Below are positions 29,993 through 38,098 of a stretch of 64,000 nt of DNA, one piece after another. Below the pieces are notes generated by a model. It was not told the DNA's origin. It did not search any database and saw only the letters and a list, made by a program, of their open reading frames with translations. Every line of letters begins with the position of its first letter. Position 1 is the first letter of the stretch. Source of the stretch: a virus (taxonomy: Duplodnaviria; Caudoviricetes); the IMG/VR virus record IMGVR_UViG_2935109043_000001, positions 1 through 64,000 of that record; one strand, given 5' to 3'. Made by a program: the position numbers and the translations under genes.

Positions 29993-30069
29993 CCTGCGGT
30001 GGGAGGTTTTTACGGAGGTCCGTGAAAACCCCCTGGAGTGTATAGCGCTGAACATGTATAGTGGTGCAC

Positions 30070-30288
30070 ATGAACGAAGAGAGGATCACCACCCTCACCA
30101 ACCAGGCCGCGACCCTCTCCGCGCAGCGCAACACCGTCACCACCAGCCTCAAGGACATCGCCGCCGCCATGTGGCACGAAGGACTCCACAACGTCCGCGA
30201 CCTCGGACGACGCACCGGCCTGTCCCGCGCCACCCTGTACGCCGCACTGCGCGAACGCGGCATCGAACCCACCAATCGAGAGAAGTGA
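30070..30288 (+). CDS. small HTH protein (leaderless)
   Basis: NVRDLGRRTGLSRATLYAAL; TATAGT-N7-ATG. Confidence 0.7.
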   Translation: MNEERITTLTNQAATLSAQRNTVTTSLKDIAAAMWHEGLHNVRDLGRRTGLSRATLYAALRERGIEPTNREK

Positions 30289-30298
30289 GGACACCGTC

Positions 30299-31189
30299 AT
30301 GGGACGAGTAGTGCGCCGCGTGCCGCTCGACTTTGAATGGCCCCTGAACAAGGTATGGGAAGGGTTCCTGCTGCCCGACCGACTGACTGAGGAACCGTGC
30401 TCGGACTGTAAGGGCGGCTACTCGGCACGCTACGAACAGCTCCAGGACCGCTGGTACGGCAATGCTCCGTTCAACCCGGCCGAGACAGGGTCGACGCCGT
30501 TCACCGCAGACACGCGTGCAGCACGGGAACTCGCCGAACGTAACGTTTCGCAGGCGCCCGACTTCTACGGCACCGGCGAGGCCGCCATCCTGTGGGAGGC
30601 CACTCGGCTGGCCAACCTGTGGAACGACCAGTGGGGCCACCACCTCGCGCAGGGAGACGTTGACCTGCTGGTCGAAGAAGGGCGACTGCGGGACTTCACG
30701 CACACCTGGAGTCGAGAGACCGGCTGGCAGGCCAAGGTCCCGGCCGTTCGTCCCACGGCGGCCGAGGTCAACGAGTGGTCGCTGCGCGGGATGGGCCACG
30801 ACAGTTCCAACGCGTACATCGTCTGCGTGGCGCACTGTAAGCGTGAGGGTGTGCCTTCCTTCTGCACGACGTGCGACGGGCACGGCCTCCGCGAGGTGTA
30901 CCCCGGGCAGCGCGCGGAAGCTGAGGCTTGGGTGGCGACTGATCCTCCGGCGGGCGAGGGCTGGCAGTTGTGGGAGACCGTGAGTGAGGGGTCGCCTGTC
31001 AGCCCGGTCTTCGCGACTTCCGATGCCTTGGCGGTTTGGATGTCAGACCCGGCGCGCGGTACTCGGTGGGTCCCCCAGGAGGCGGCTGCGAAGTTCATCG
31101 CGGATGGCTGGGCACCGTCCTTCGTGTCCTCGCCGAAGACTGGTGTCGTGTCGGGCGTTGAGTGGGTGGGTCACTCCTCCGAGCGGTGA
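30299..31189 (+). CDS. phage hypothetical protein
   Basis: MGRVVRRVPLDFEWPL...GEGWQLWETVSEGSPVSPVF. Confidence 0.75.
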   Translation: MGRVVRRVPLDFEWPLNKVWEGFLLPDRLTEEPCSDCKGGYSARYEQLQDRWYGNAPFNPAETGSTPFTADTRAARELAERNVSQAPDFYGTGEAAILWEATRLANLWNDQWGHHLAQGDVDLLVEEGRLRDFTHTWSRETGWQAKVPAVRPTAAEVNEWSLRGMGHDSSNAYIVCVAHCKREGVPSFCTTCDGHGLREVYPGQRAEAEAWVATDPPAGEGWQLWETVSEGSPVSPVFATSDALAVWMSDPARGTRWVPQEAAAKFIADGWAPSFVSSPKTGVVSGVEWVGHSSER

Positions 31190-31204
31190 CGCCTGCAATG
31201 ATCA

Positions 31205-31243
31205 GGGTGCCCCCGGCCAGGGAAAGTGGCCGGGGGCACCCTC
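31205..31243. terminator. hairpin terminator, reverse complement of 1305-1343
   Basis: GGGTGCCCCCGGCCA-gggaaag-TGGCCGGGGGCACCCTC between convergent units. Confidence 0.8.
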
Positions 31244-31263
31244 ACGTGCACTCTAGATCAGTC

Positions 31264-31329
31264 TCAGGTGGGCTCTGTCGTGCCCCAGCCGAGGTCGACC
31301 ACACCCCACCCGATGTCGCTGCTCATCAT
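31264..31329 (-). CDS. 21-aa peptide MMSSDIGWGVVDLGWGTTEPT
   Basis: Purine-rich RBS AGGGAGGGGG; lies between the PKS stop and the terminator. Confidence 0.45.
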   Translation of the reverse strand: MMSSDIGWGVVDLGWGTTEPT

Positions 31330-31379
31330 GTCCCCCTCCCTGCTGCTTGTGGTGCCCGGCAGCCTACGCCCGGCCGCTG

Positions 31380-32432
31380 TCACGCCGCCCAGGTTCCACG
31401 GATCGCGGCCGTGTTGAAGCCCGGCCCGTAGGCGACCATCACACCGTGTGCCCCGGCGGCGGGCGGCTCCGCGTGCGTCCGCTCCAAAATCCGCAGCACA
31501 CTGGGACCGCCCAGGTTCCCCTCGTCCCCGAGCGTCGCCGTCGAGTGGCGTGTGTCGTGCTCGTCCAGGCCGAGAGCCCGCGCCGTGTCCGTGATGATCC
31601 GCTGACTGCCGGGGTGGATGACGGCCCAGTCCACGATGTGCTGCTGGCCGAGCCATCCAGTGACGCCGGGCAGTACGTCGTCCGCGGCGCTGAGGGCTTC
31701 CTTCGTGGAGTCGAAGTGCAGCCCGGCGGCGTCGATGCGGCCGGCGTATCGGGTGAGGCTGTCTGGGAGGACGTGCTCGTACGTGTCGGCCGGCCCGGTG
31801 AGGGTGAAGCCGGGGCCGTGGGGCTGGTTGCTGACGATGGTCGCCGCCGCGGAGTCCCCGAACAGCGCCTTGTAGATCATGTGCTCCACGGCGTTGTCGG
31901 CGTGGTTGTAGATCGCGGAGATGACCTCCGCGGCCACCACTAGGACGCGGGACCCGGGCCGTGCGGCGACCATGTCGGTGGCACGGATGAGGGCCTGTGT
32001 GCCGCCGGCGCAGGCGAGCGTGGTCAGCCCGACCCGCTGCACAGTGGCGGGGAGGCCGAGGCGCTGCACGAGGTGGACGTCGAGGCCGGGAACAGCCCAG
32101 CCGGTGGAGTGCGTGGTGACGATGCCGGTGATGTCCTGCGGGTCGAGGCCGTGGAGTGCGAGCGTGTCGCGTGCGGCTTGCTCAGCCATGTCGAGGGCGT
32201 CCTCGAACGCCGCGGTGGCGCGGGTGTCGATGGTCGCGGTGCCGGTGATGGTGTCGGCGGTGAGGGGCCTGGTGAAGTGCCGGGTCTGCACTCCGGTGTT
32301 GCCGACGATGCGGAGGATGGACCGCAGCCGCGGGTGGTCGGCGTGGTGGTGCCGGATGTCGTCGGCTATCTCAGCGGTGGTGACTTTGTGGGCGCCGAGG
32401 ACGGTGGTGGGCTGGGCAATGTGGATGGGCAT
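31380..32432 (-). CDS. type III polyketide synthase (RppA/PhlD/germicidin-synthase-like)
   Basis: Catalytic triad LACAGG (Cys), IHPGS (His), EGNLGG (Asn); ALFGD.AAA; GPGF. Confidence 0.92.
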   Translation of the reverse strand: MPIHIAQPTTVLGAHKVTTAEIADDIRHHHADHPRLRSILRIVGNTGVQTRHFTRPLTADTITGTATIDTRATAAFEDALDMAEQAARDTLALHGLDPQDITGIVTTHSTGWAVPGLDVHLVQRLGLPATVQRVGLTTLACAGGTQALIRATDMVAARPGSRVLVVAAEVISAIYNHADNAVEHMIYKALFGDSAAATIVSNQPHGPGFTLTGPADTYEHVLPDSLTRYAGRIDAAGLHFDSTKEALSAADDVLPGVTGWLGQQHIVDWAVIHPGSQRIITDTARALGLDEHDTRHSTATLGDEGNLGGPSVLRILERTHAEPPAAGAHGVMVAYGPGFNTAAIRGTWAA

Positions 32433-32604
32433 GGTGGGCTCCCCTGTGGCGGCGTCGGAACGGGTGCGGGGGAGTGCTCACGGTACGGCGGTTTGGCTTG
32501 ATCGTTGCCTCAGCTTTTCGCCGTCTTGACGCGCGACCAGCCGAGAATGATCCTCAGGCCCGACCGGTTGCTACCGGCCGGGCCTGAGGAGTGGCTGAGA
32601 TGGG

Positions 32605-32958
32605 TCATTCCTTGTAGGCGATGGGGCCCAGTCCTTGGTGTGCGCGGTCGAGAGCGGCGTACAGCTGTTCCGCGGCGGCCTGCGCGTCATCGAGCCCGCC
32701 GAGCGTGGCCGCCAGGTCAGTGTCGAGGGTGTCCTTGTCGCTGCGGAGGTGCCCTTCTGCGTTCAGGGTCTCGATGTGCTGTCTGATCTGTTGAACGGCT
32801 TGGGGGAGGCGCATGGCGAGCTGGGAGAGGTTGGCGACGACGCTGTAGGCGTCGCCGGGGTACTCCCAGTCGGCTTGTGGGCTTTGGGTGGCGTGGTTGA
32901 GGGCGCGGATGTGTTCGGCGGCCGTGTCGGCATGCTGGGCGGGGCTCTGCTGGGTCAT
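32605..32958 (-). CDS. helical hypothetical protein
   Basis: MTQQSPAQHADTAAEHIRALNHAT... Confidence 0.65.
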   Translation of the reverse strand: MTQQSPAQHADTAAEHIRALNHATQSPQADWEYPGDAYSVVANLSQLAMRLPQAVQQIRQHIETLNAEGHLRSDKDTLDTDLAATLGGLDDAQAAAEQLYAALDRAHQGLGPIAYKE

Positions 32959-32995
32959 GGCGTCACCTTCTCGTGCGGGTCGGACAGCTGGGGCG

Positions 32996-33820
32996 TCAGC
33001 GGGCTCGGAGCATCGGCGTGCGGGCGTGCGCACGCTCCGGCCCCGGATGAAACACGAGGATCACGAGGCGGGCACCGGGTGCGGCCATCGGCTGCGCCGC
33101 GCACATCGTCACCCACCCATCACCCAGCACCGCATGCCGTATCGGCCGCTCATCGCCGTCCGGGTGGATGTAGCCCGTCGACCCGTGCGTGTACAGGGCG
33201 TTCAGTTCGGGGTCGGCGTGTACGTCCCGTTCGATGGCTTGAAGCGTCGGGTCGTCGGGGCGGGCGGCGAGCGCGGCCCGGAGCTGGGGGAGGACGAACG
33301 GGGCCCAGTCGGTGGCCCAGTCGGTGAGGTGTTCGCGGCCGTCCCACAGCATCCACCGCATGGTGTTGTCCGGCGCCTCGGCCTGCGGGAACAGTTCGGC
33401 GAACTGGCTGTTGCAGGCCAGCAGGCCCCACGATGCGTCGGTCACGTACGCCATGTGCGTGATGCCGTCCACCGCGGTCTGCCACACCCCCGGCACCTGA
33501 TGCCCGGACTGCGGATACAGCGGCGCCGGCGGGTCCTCCGCCCGCGCGTACCGGTACAGGGCCACCCACTCCTGCTCGGTGAGTGAGAGGAGCTGCGCGA
33601 CGGCCTGGAGGAGGTCTGAGGGCGGGTGTTTGTAGATGCCGGATTCGAGGCGGTGGTAGGTGCCGATGGCTCGGCTGGTGAGGATGTCGACTTGTTGTTG
33701 GGAGAGGCCGGGGGCGCGTCGGCCGCTGCCGGTGGGTCGGGTGAGGCCGTGGGTGGTGGGGTCGATGAGGGCGCGGCGTTCTTGGAGGAGGGCTTGGAGG
33801 GCTTTCTTGCGGGTGTGCAT
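32996..33820 (-). CDS. MmyB-family XRE regulator with PAS-like ligand-binding domain
   Basis: L.ERRA..DP...GRR..GLSQ..V...Y.RLE.G; AYVTD..W.LLA.N..FAELF..N.MRWM. Confidence 0.85.
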   Translation of the reverse strand: MHTRKKALQALLQERRALIDPTTHGLTRPTGSGRRAPGLSQQQVDILTSRAIGTYHRLESGIYKHPPSDLLQAVAQLLSLTEQEWVALYRYARAEDPPAPLYPQSGHQVPGVWQTAVDGITHMAYVTDASWGLLACNSQFAELFPQAEAPDNTMRWMLWDGREHLTDWATDWAPFVLPQLRAALAARPDDPTLQAIERDVHADPELNALYTHGSTGYIHPDGDERPIRHAVLGDGWVTMCAAQPMAAPGARLVILVFHPGPERAHARTPMLRAR

Positions 33821-34193
33821 GGTGTGGATTCCCCCGTGTTACTGACTGGTTATCAAGCGGCTTCTTGTGGGCGTGTTTTTGGTGTGAAAAACCTACCGAA
33901 GAAAGGTGGTGGGTGTGTGGTGCATGCTCGTCCTTGCAGCGTCCTGCCTGGCTCTGTTGGGGCTGGTGTGGGGGGTTGTGGCCGTCTCGTGACAGTGCTG
34001 TGGTGGGGTTTCGGGGATTCCGGGGTTCTGCTTGCGGTGGTGTCAGCTTTTTAGGGGCGTGCAGGGAGTCGAATTCCGGCTTGGGTGGCCGTGAATACCG
34101 CAGCCTCTCCTTGCACGTCCCTTTTCTGCTGCCCGAAATCGGGTTGGGGAAGCAGCGTGGCGGCCCGGTGGGGACGGGCCGCCGGTAGTGGGG

Positions 34194-35300
34194 TCAGGAC
34201 GGGCCGAAGCGCCACCAGCCGTCGTAGCCGTCCGGAACAGCCGGATAGTTCGCGAGCATCGGCTGGAGGATCGCGAGGTGCCGCTGCTGCTCGGCGAGGG
34301 TGACGTTGCCCCAGTACGAGTCGCCGTCCCATCGGCCGTGGGTGTCTCCGCCGTAGCGGCCGTCGGTGTGCTGCTCCAGGAACTGGCGGGCGTCGGCGGG
34401 CTCGGGGTGCTGAAGGTCCCAGAGGTGTCCGATGCAGGCGACGGTGACGCCTCGGCGGCGACGGAACCAGACGGCGTTGATGGTGCCGTCGTAGGTGTAG
34501 TCGTTGCGGCCCTGCGGGGTGTCGGTGCGGCTGCCGCGCAGGCTGTTGAGGTCGACGGCGTAGGGCTTGCGGGAGATCAGGAACTTGTCTTCGCGGATCA
34601 CGGGGACTCCCTGACGAGGGCGTCGGCGAGGATGGCGGCGATGCGGTCGATGGGTCCGGAGAGGTCGACCTCGATGACGCGGCCCTGATACCAGACGACG
34701 GGCTGAAAGCGGGTGCGGCGGCACTCTTCCTCGGTGCTGTTGCCGCACTCGCCGGAACAGGTGGCGGCCCGGATGGCGTCGGCGATCCGGTCGCGGAGCT
34801 GCTGCGGGTCGGGCTGGGCAGTGGTCACGGCGTCTCCAGACGGTCGAGGGTGGGCGTGCCGGCGGCGTCCAGGGCCCCGTTGACGGCGCGCCAGATCATG
34901 GCGTTGCGGTGGAGGGTGTCGGCGGGCATGTGCGTGCCGAGGTCGCGTATCCGTGCCCAGGTGACGGCGTAGGCGGCGTCCCGGCCGAGGTGTGTCTGCT
35001 GTGCCTGGGTTTCCAGGGCGGCGAGGCGGGCGTACAGGTCGTCGAGGGCGTCGTCGGTGATCGAGGTAGCCGTGTACCGGACCAGAGCAGTCGTCATGGG
35101 CGCTCCTTGGCGCAGATGGGGCAGAGGTCGAGGAGGGGCCCGCCTTCGGGGTGTCGGCGGGTGCGCCAGCCGTCCATGCGGCGCAGGGACCGCAGTTCGG
35201 CGTGGGTGGTCACGCGGGTCGGCGAGTGGGTCTCGGCGCCGCACGGCTCGCCTCGGGGCGGACCGTCGCAGACGATCACGAGGTAGGTGTCGGCGCTCAT
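34194..35300 (-). CDS. cluster of hypothetical genes: 34194-34601, 34598-34828, 34825-35097, 35094-35300
   Basis: 4-bp overlap-coupled minus-strand ORFs. Confidence 0.6.
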
Positions 35301-35674
35301 GCGACCGCCTTCCGGGATCGGCCGCTGTGCCAGGGCAGGGCCAGCCCGTCGTCTGCGGCACGGGGAACAAGGTGGAGGTGGAGATGCCAAACCGACTGCG
35401 TGGCGTGCACGCCCTTGCTGGTGATGAGGTTGGCGTGCACCAGGTCCAGGTCACGGCAGAGCTGCGCTGTCCGGCGGGCGGTCGCCCCGGTCACGTCGGG
35501 GTCGTCCGCGAAGTCGGTGACGTGGGTCTTGGGGATGATCAGGGTGTGGCCGTCGACGACCGGGCCGAGCGGCACGATGGCGACGGCGTCAGACCAGTCG
35601 CGGACGGCAGTGGCGGGCGCCCGGCCGTCGATGATGAGGCAGAACGGGCAGTCGCGGGTGAGGGTGGCGGTCAT
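35297..35674 (-). CDS. HIT-family nucleotide hydrolase
   Basis: CPFCLI, GHTLIIPK.HV, QSVWHLHLHLVPR. Confidence 0.92.
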   Translation of the reverse strand: MTATLTRDCPFCLIIDGRAPATAVRDWSDAVAIVPLGPVVDGHTLIIPKTHVTDFADDPDVTGATARRTAQLCRDLDLVHANLITSKGVHATQSVWHLHLHLVPRAADDGLALPWHSGRSRKAVA

Positions 35675-36222
35675 CGGGCACCGCCCGTCTCGACCTCGTC
35701 GGCGGGGCGGAGCTCGCGGGTGGCGAGGTCGCGCAGCGCGCACGGGCCGCCGTTGCAAGCACCAGTGTCGCCGCACTGCGGGCAGGCGAGACCCTGCTGC
35801 TCGCGGAGCAGCACGGCCGCCCGGTCGGTGGGCGGGGGCGTAGCGGGCTGCTCAGCGCCCGTGCCATCCACCCGGACCATCGGATCGGCTCCCGTCCATG
35901 ATCGGCTGTCGATGTCGGAGATCCACGCCAAGGCGACCGCAGCCACCTGCACCAGCTCGGTACGCAACAGCGTCGGGTCGGACTCGGCCAGCGCCTCCTG
36001 GACCTCCTCGGTGAGGATGTCGTTCCAGGTGAGCTGCCCGGTGCGGGTGGTGTGGTCGCAGTGGCGGCGGGCCGCGTCAGCGCGTTCCTTGTCGGTGGCG
36101 CTGCCGGTGCCGTCGGGGTGGTGCTGGTCGCCGAAGCGGGCGATCTGACGCTGCCGCTCCGCGTCGACCTCGACCATGTGCCGGTCGAGACCGGGGGTGG
36201 CGAGGGTGGGCTGGGTGGTCAC
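35671..36222 (-). CDS. MazG-like all-alpha NTP pyrophosphatase
   Basis: ILTEEVQEA......LRTELVQVAAVALAWI. Confidence 0.7.
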   Translation of the reverse strand: MTTQPTLATPGLDRHMVEVDAERQRQIARFGDQHHPDGTGSATDKERADAARRHCDHTTRTGQLTWNDILTEEVQEALAESDPTLLRTELVQVAAVALAWISDIDSRSWTGADPMVRVDGTGAEQPATPPPTDRAAVLLREQQGLACPQCGDTGACNGGPCALRDLATRELRPADEVETGGAR

Positions 36223-36234
36223 CGGGTGGTCCTT

Positions 36235-36540
36235 TCAGAGAGACCAGAGGGTGGGCTGGTGGTCGGTGAGCGCCAGTTCGGTCTGGCCGGGCAGTAGATC
36301 GTCCGGGCGTGGGGCGGGAATGGTGGCGCGGACGGTGCGCTGCCGCTGCTGGCGTTCGCATACGGGGCCGAGGCCGGATGGTGTGGGGTGGCGCATGGCT
36401 CGTCCGCAGCGTCGGCAGTAGGCGGTGGTGTGCGTGCTGGGCGGAAGCTCGGCGGGTGGTGTGTCGCCGGGGAGGGGGAGTGTGGTGATGGGCCGGCCGC
36501 GCCAGTGGTGTTTGGTGGGGTGCGGGGCGACGGTCGTCAT
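36235..36540 (-). CDS. DUF6011-like protein
   Basis: CRRCGRAM......GLGPVC. Confidence 0.65.
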   Translation of the reverse strand: MTTVAPHPTKHHWRGRPITTLPLPGDTPPAELPPSTHTTAYCRRCGRAMRHPTPSGLGPVCERQQRQRTVRATIPAPRPDDLLPGQTELALTDHQPTLWSL

Positions 36541-36725
36541 GCCGCGTCGGGGACGCCCGGGCCGGCCTGCCGGGCGCGGCGCTTCTCGGCGTCGATGGCG
36601 TCGAGGGCGGCGGTGAGGTCGGCGAGGTGTTGGGCTTGTTCGGCGGGGGTCCAGGCGGTGGGGCGTTGGCCGCCGAAGTTGCCGGTGGGGATGTCTTCGG
36701 TGAGGGCTTTCGCGAGGTGGTTCAT
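36537..36725 (-). CDS. small hypothetical protein
   Basis: RBS GGAGG, MNHLAKALTEDIP... Confidence 0.55.
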   Translation of the reverse strand: MNHLAKALTEDIPTGNFGGQRPTAWTPAEQAQHLADLTAALDAIDAEKRRARQAGPGVPDAA

Positions 36726-36820
36726 GGGGCCTCCCGGGGTGGGGGCGGGGTGTGGTGGTTTCAGGGTGCGCGGTTTCCGGCGGGGTGTTGCCCCGGGTTT
36801 CGCGCTCCTCCTGATGGTCT

Positions 36821-36851
36821 CATACTCCATTGCGTGACGCAATGGAGTATG
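36821..36851. promoter_or_regulatory. 31-bp palindrome, copy 4
   Basis: CATACTCCATTGCG-TGA-CGCAATGGAGTATG heading the leftward gene run. Confidence 0.85.
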
Positions 36852-36900
36852 AGGATTGAAGAGAAGGGTGCCAGGCCAAAACCCAACACCCTCCTGCTGA

Positions 36901-37302
36901 TCAACTGGCCGACGCGACCCGCCCCAACCCCGACAACGGCACCTCCGCCCGCCGCACCGCAGACGACGCCGACAACAACGCCCCCTGCACACCCAACAGC
37001 TCGGCCGTTGCCACCTCAGCCCGCGCCACCGCGTCCCCGCCGTCATCCGCGACCAGCACGCCCTCCCGCTCCAGCCGGCGCACCGCCCGCTTCGCCTCCG
37101 CCGCCACGGCCGCCAGCCGCTCCATGGCCAGGCCGACACCGACGAGGGTCGCGGCGATCTGCGAAGGCTCCCGGTACGCGTGCGGGTGCCGACCTGCGGC
37201 GAGGAGCTGTTTCGCGGTCTCGGCGAGGGTGATGGCGTGGAGCTTCGGCGCGTCGCCGGCATCAAAGGTGGGTGGTGTGGGGGTGGTGTGGGTGGTGGTC
37301 AT
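36901..37302 (-). CDS. hypothetical protein
   Basis: RBS GGAG, MTTTHTTPT... Confidence 0.55.
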   Translation of the reverse strand: MTTTHTTPTPPTFDAGDAPKLHAITLAETAKQLLAAGRHPHAYREPSQIAATLVGVGLAMERLAAVAAEAKRAVRRLEREGVLVADDGGDAVARAEVATAELLGVQGALLSASSAVRRAEVPLSGLGRVASAS

Positions 37303-37423
37303 GTTGGTCTCCGCAGGGCCAATTGAGGTCTTTGTGGGGGAGTGTGCCAGCCGCGACGGACAGTCCGGGCCTGGTTCTGGTAGTGGCCACCGCCGGAACG
37401 CGGGTGGTGTGCAGAATCGGCGC

Positions 37424-38029
37424 ATGACAGAAGCGTGGGGGGTAGTGATCGCCGCACTGGTCGCCGGTGTCGTCGCGGTCGCAGGCAGCTTCATCGGCCT
37501 GTACGTCGGCCGGCGACAAGTCCAGGACCAGGCGAGCGCGGAACACGAACAGTGGCTTCGGAACCAGCAAAAGGAGGCGTACAGCAAGTACCTGGCTGCG
37601 TGGGACAAGGCCTTCGCAGACGTGAGACGGGAAGCTCTTGTACAGCGCCCCCCAGAAGCGGACGTCATCAACACCAGTCGGGTGAACAGCTTCGACGAGG
37701 ACGACTGGCACCGCGCCTCGGGAACAGTCAAAGCGGCGTTTGCGGCGGTTGAACCAGAACGGGAGCAGGTTCTGCTGCTTGGACCAGCTTCGGTGGATCT
37801 AGCAGTCACACGTATGGGTGAGGTTCTTGAGGTGTTGAGGTTGGCGTTTATCCACGAGCTGCTCGCTGGGCCGCGTCCTGACGTGCCATGGAAGCAGGCA
37901 CTCGTCGAGGCGCAGACTGCGCGTCATAATCTGGCGGACGCGATGCGGATGCAGGTGCGATCGGCTCCGATGGTCGGCCCGGTGAAACAGCGCGGAGGTG
38001 GCCAGCAGAGCAGGGCGTTGTCTGGCTGA
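37424..38029 (+). CDS. membrane-anchored hypothetical protein (moron-like, leaderless)
   Basis: N-terminal TM WGVVIAALVAGVVAVAGSFIGL; atypical codon usage. Confidence 0.7.
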   Translation: MTEAWGVVIAALVAGVVAVAGSFIGLYVGRRQVQDQASAEHEQWLRNQQKEAYSKYLAAWDKAFADVRREALVQRPPEADVINTSRVNSFDEDDWHRASGTVKAAFAAVEPEREQVLLLGPASVDLAVTRMGEVLEVLRLAFIHELLAGPRPDVPWKQALVEAQTARHNLADAMRMQVRSAPMVGPVKQRGGGQQSRALSG

Positions 38030-38098
38030 CGGGTGAGGTGTCGTGGCGGGCGTCGTGTCGCGGGTGCGGTACGGCGCCCGTTGTCGTGTGCTGGATGG

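Noticed and set aside
34055-34090. Another tRNA-like T-loop (TTCGACT) on the minus strand
   Set aside because: The flanking stem pairs poorly and no acceptor stem is evident.
6087-36851. 31-bp palindromes as CRISPR repeats
   Set aside because: They are dispersed 5-13 kb apart with no spacer array and no cas genes.
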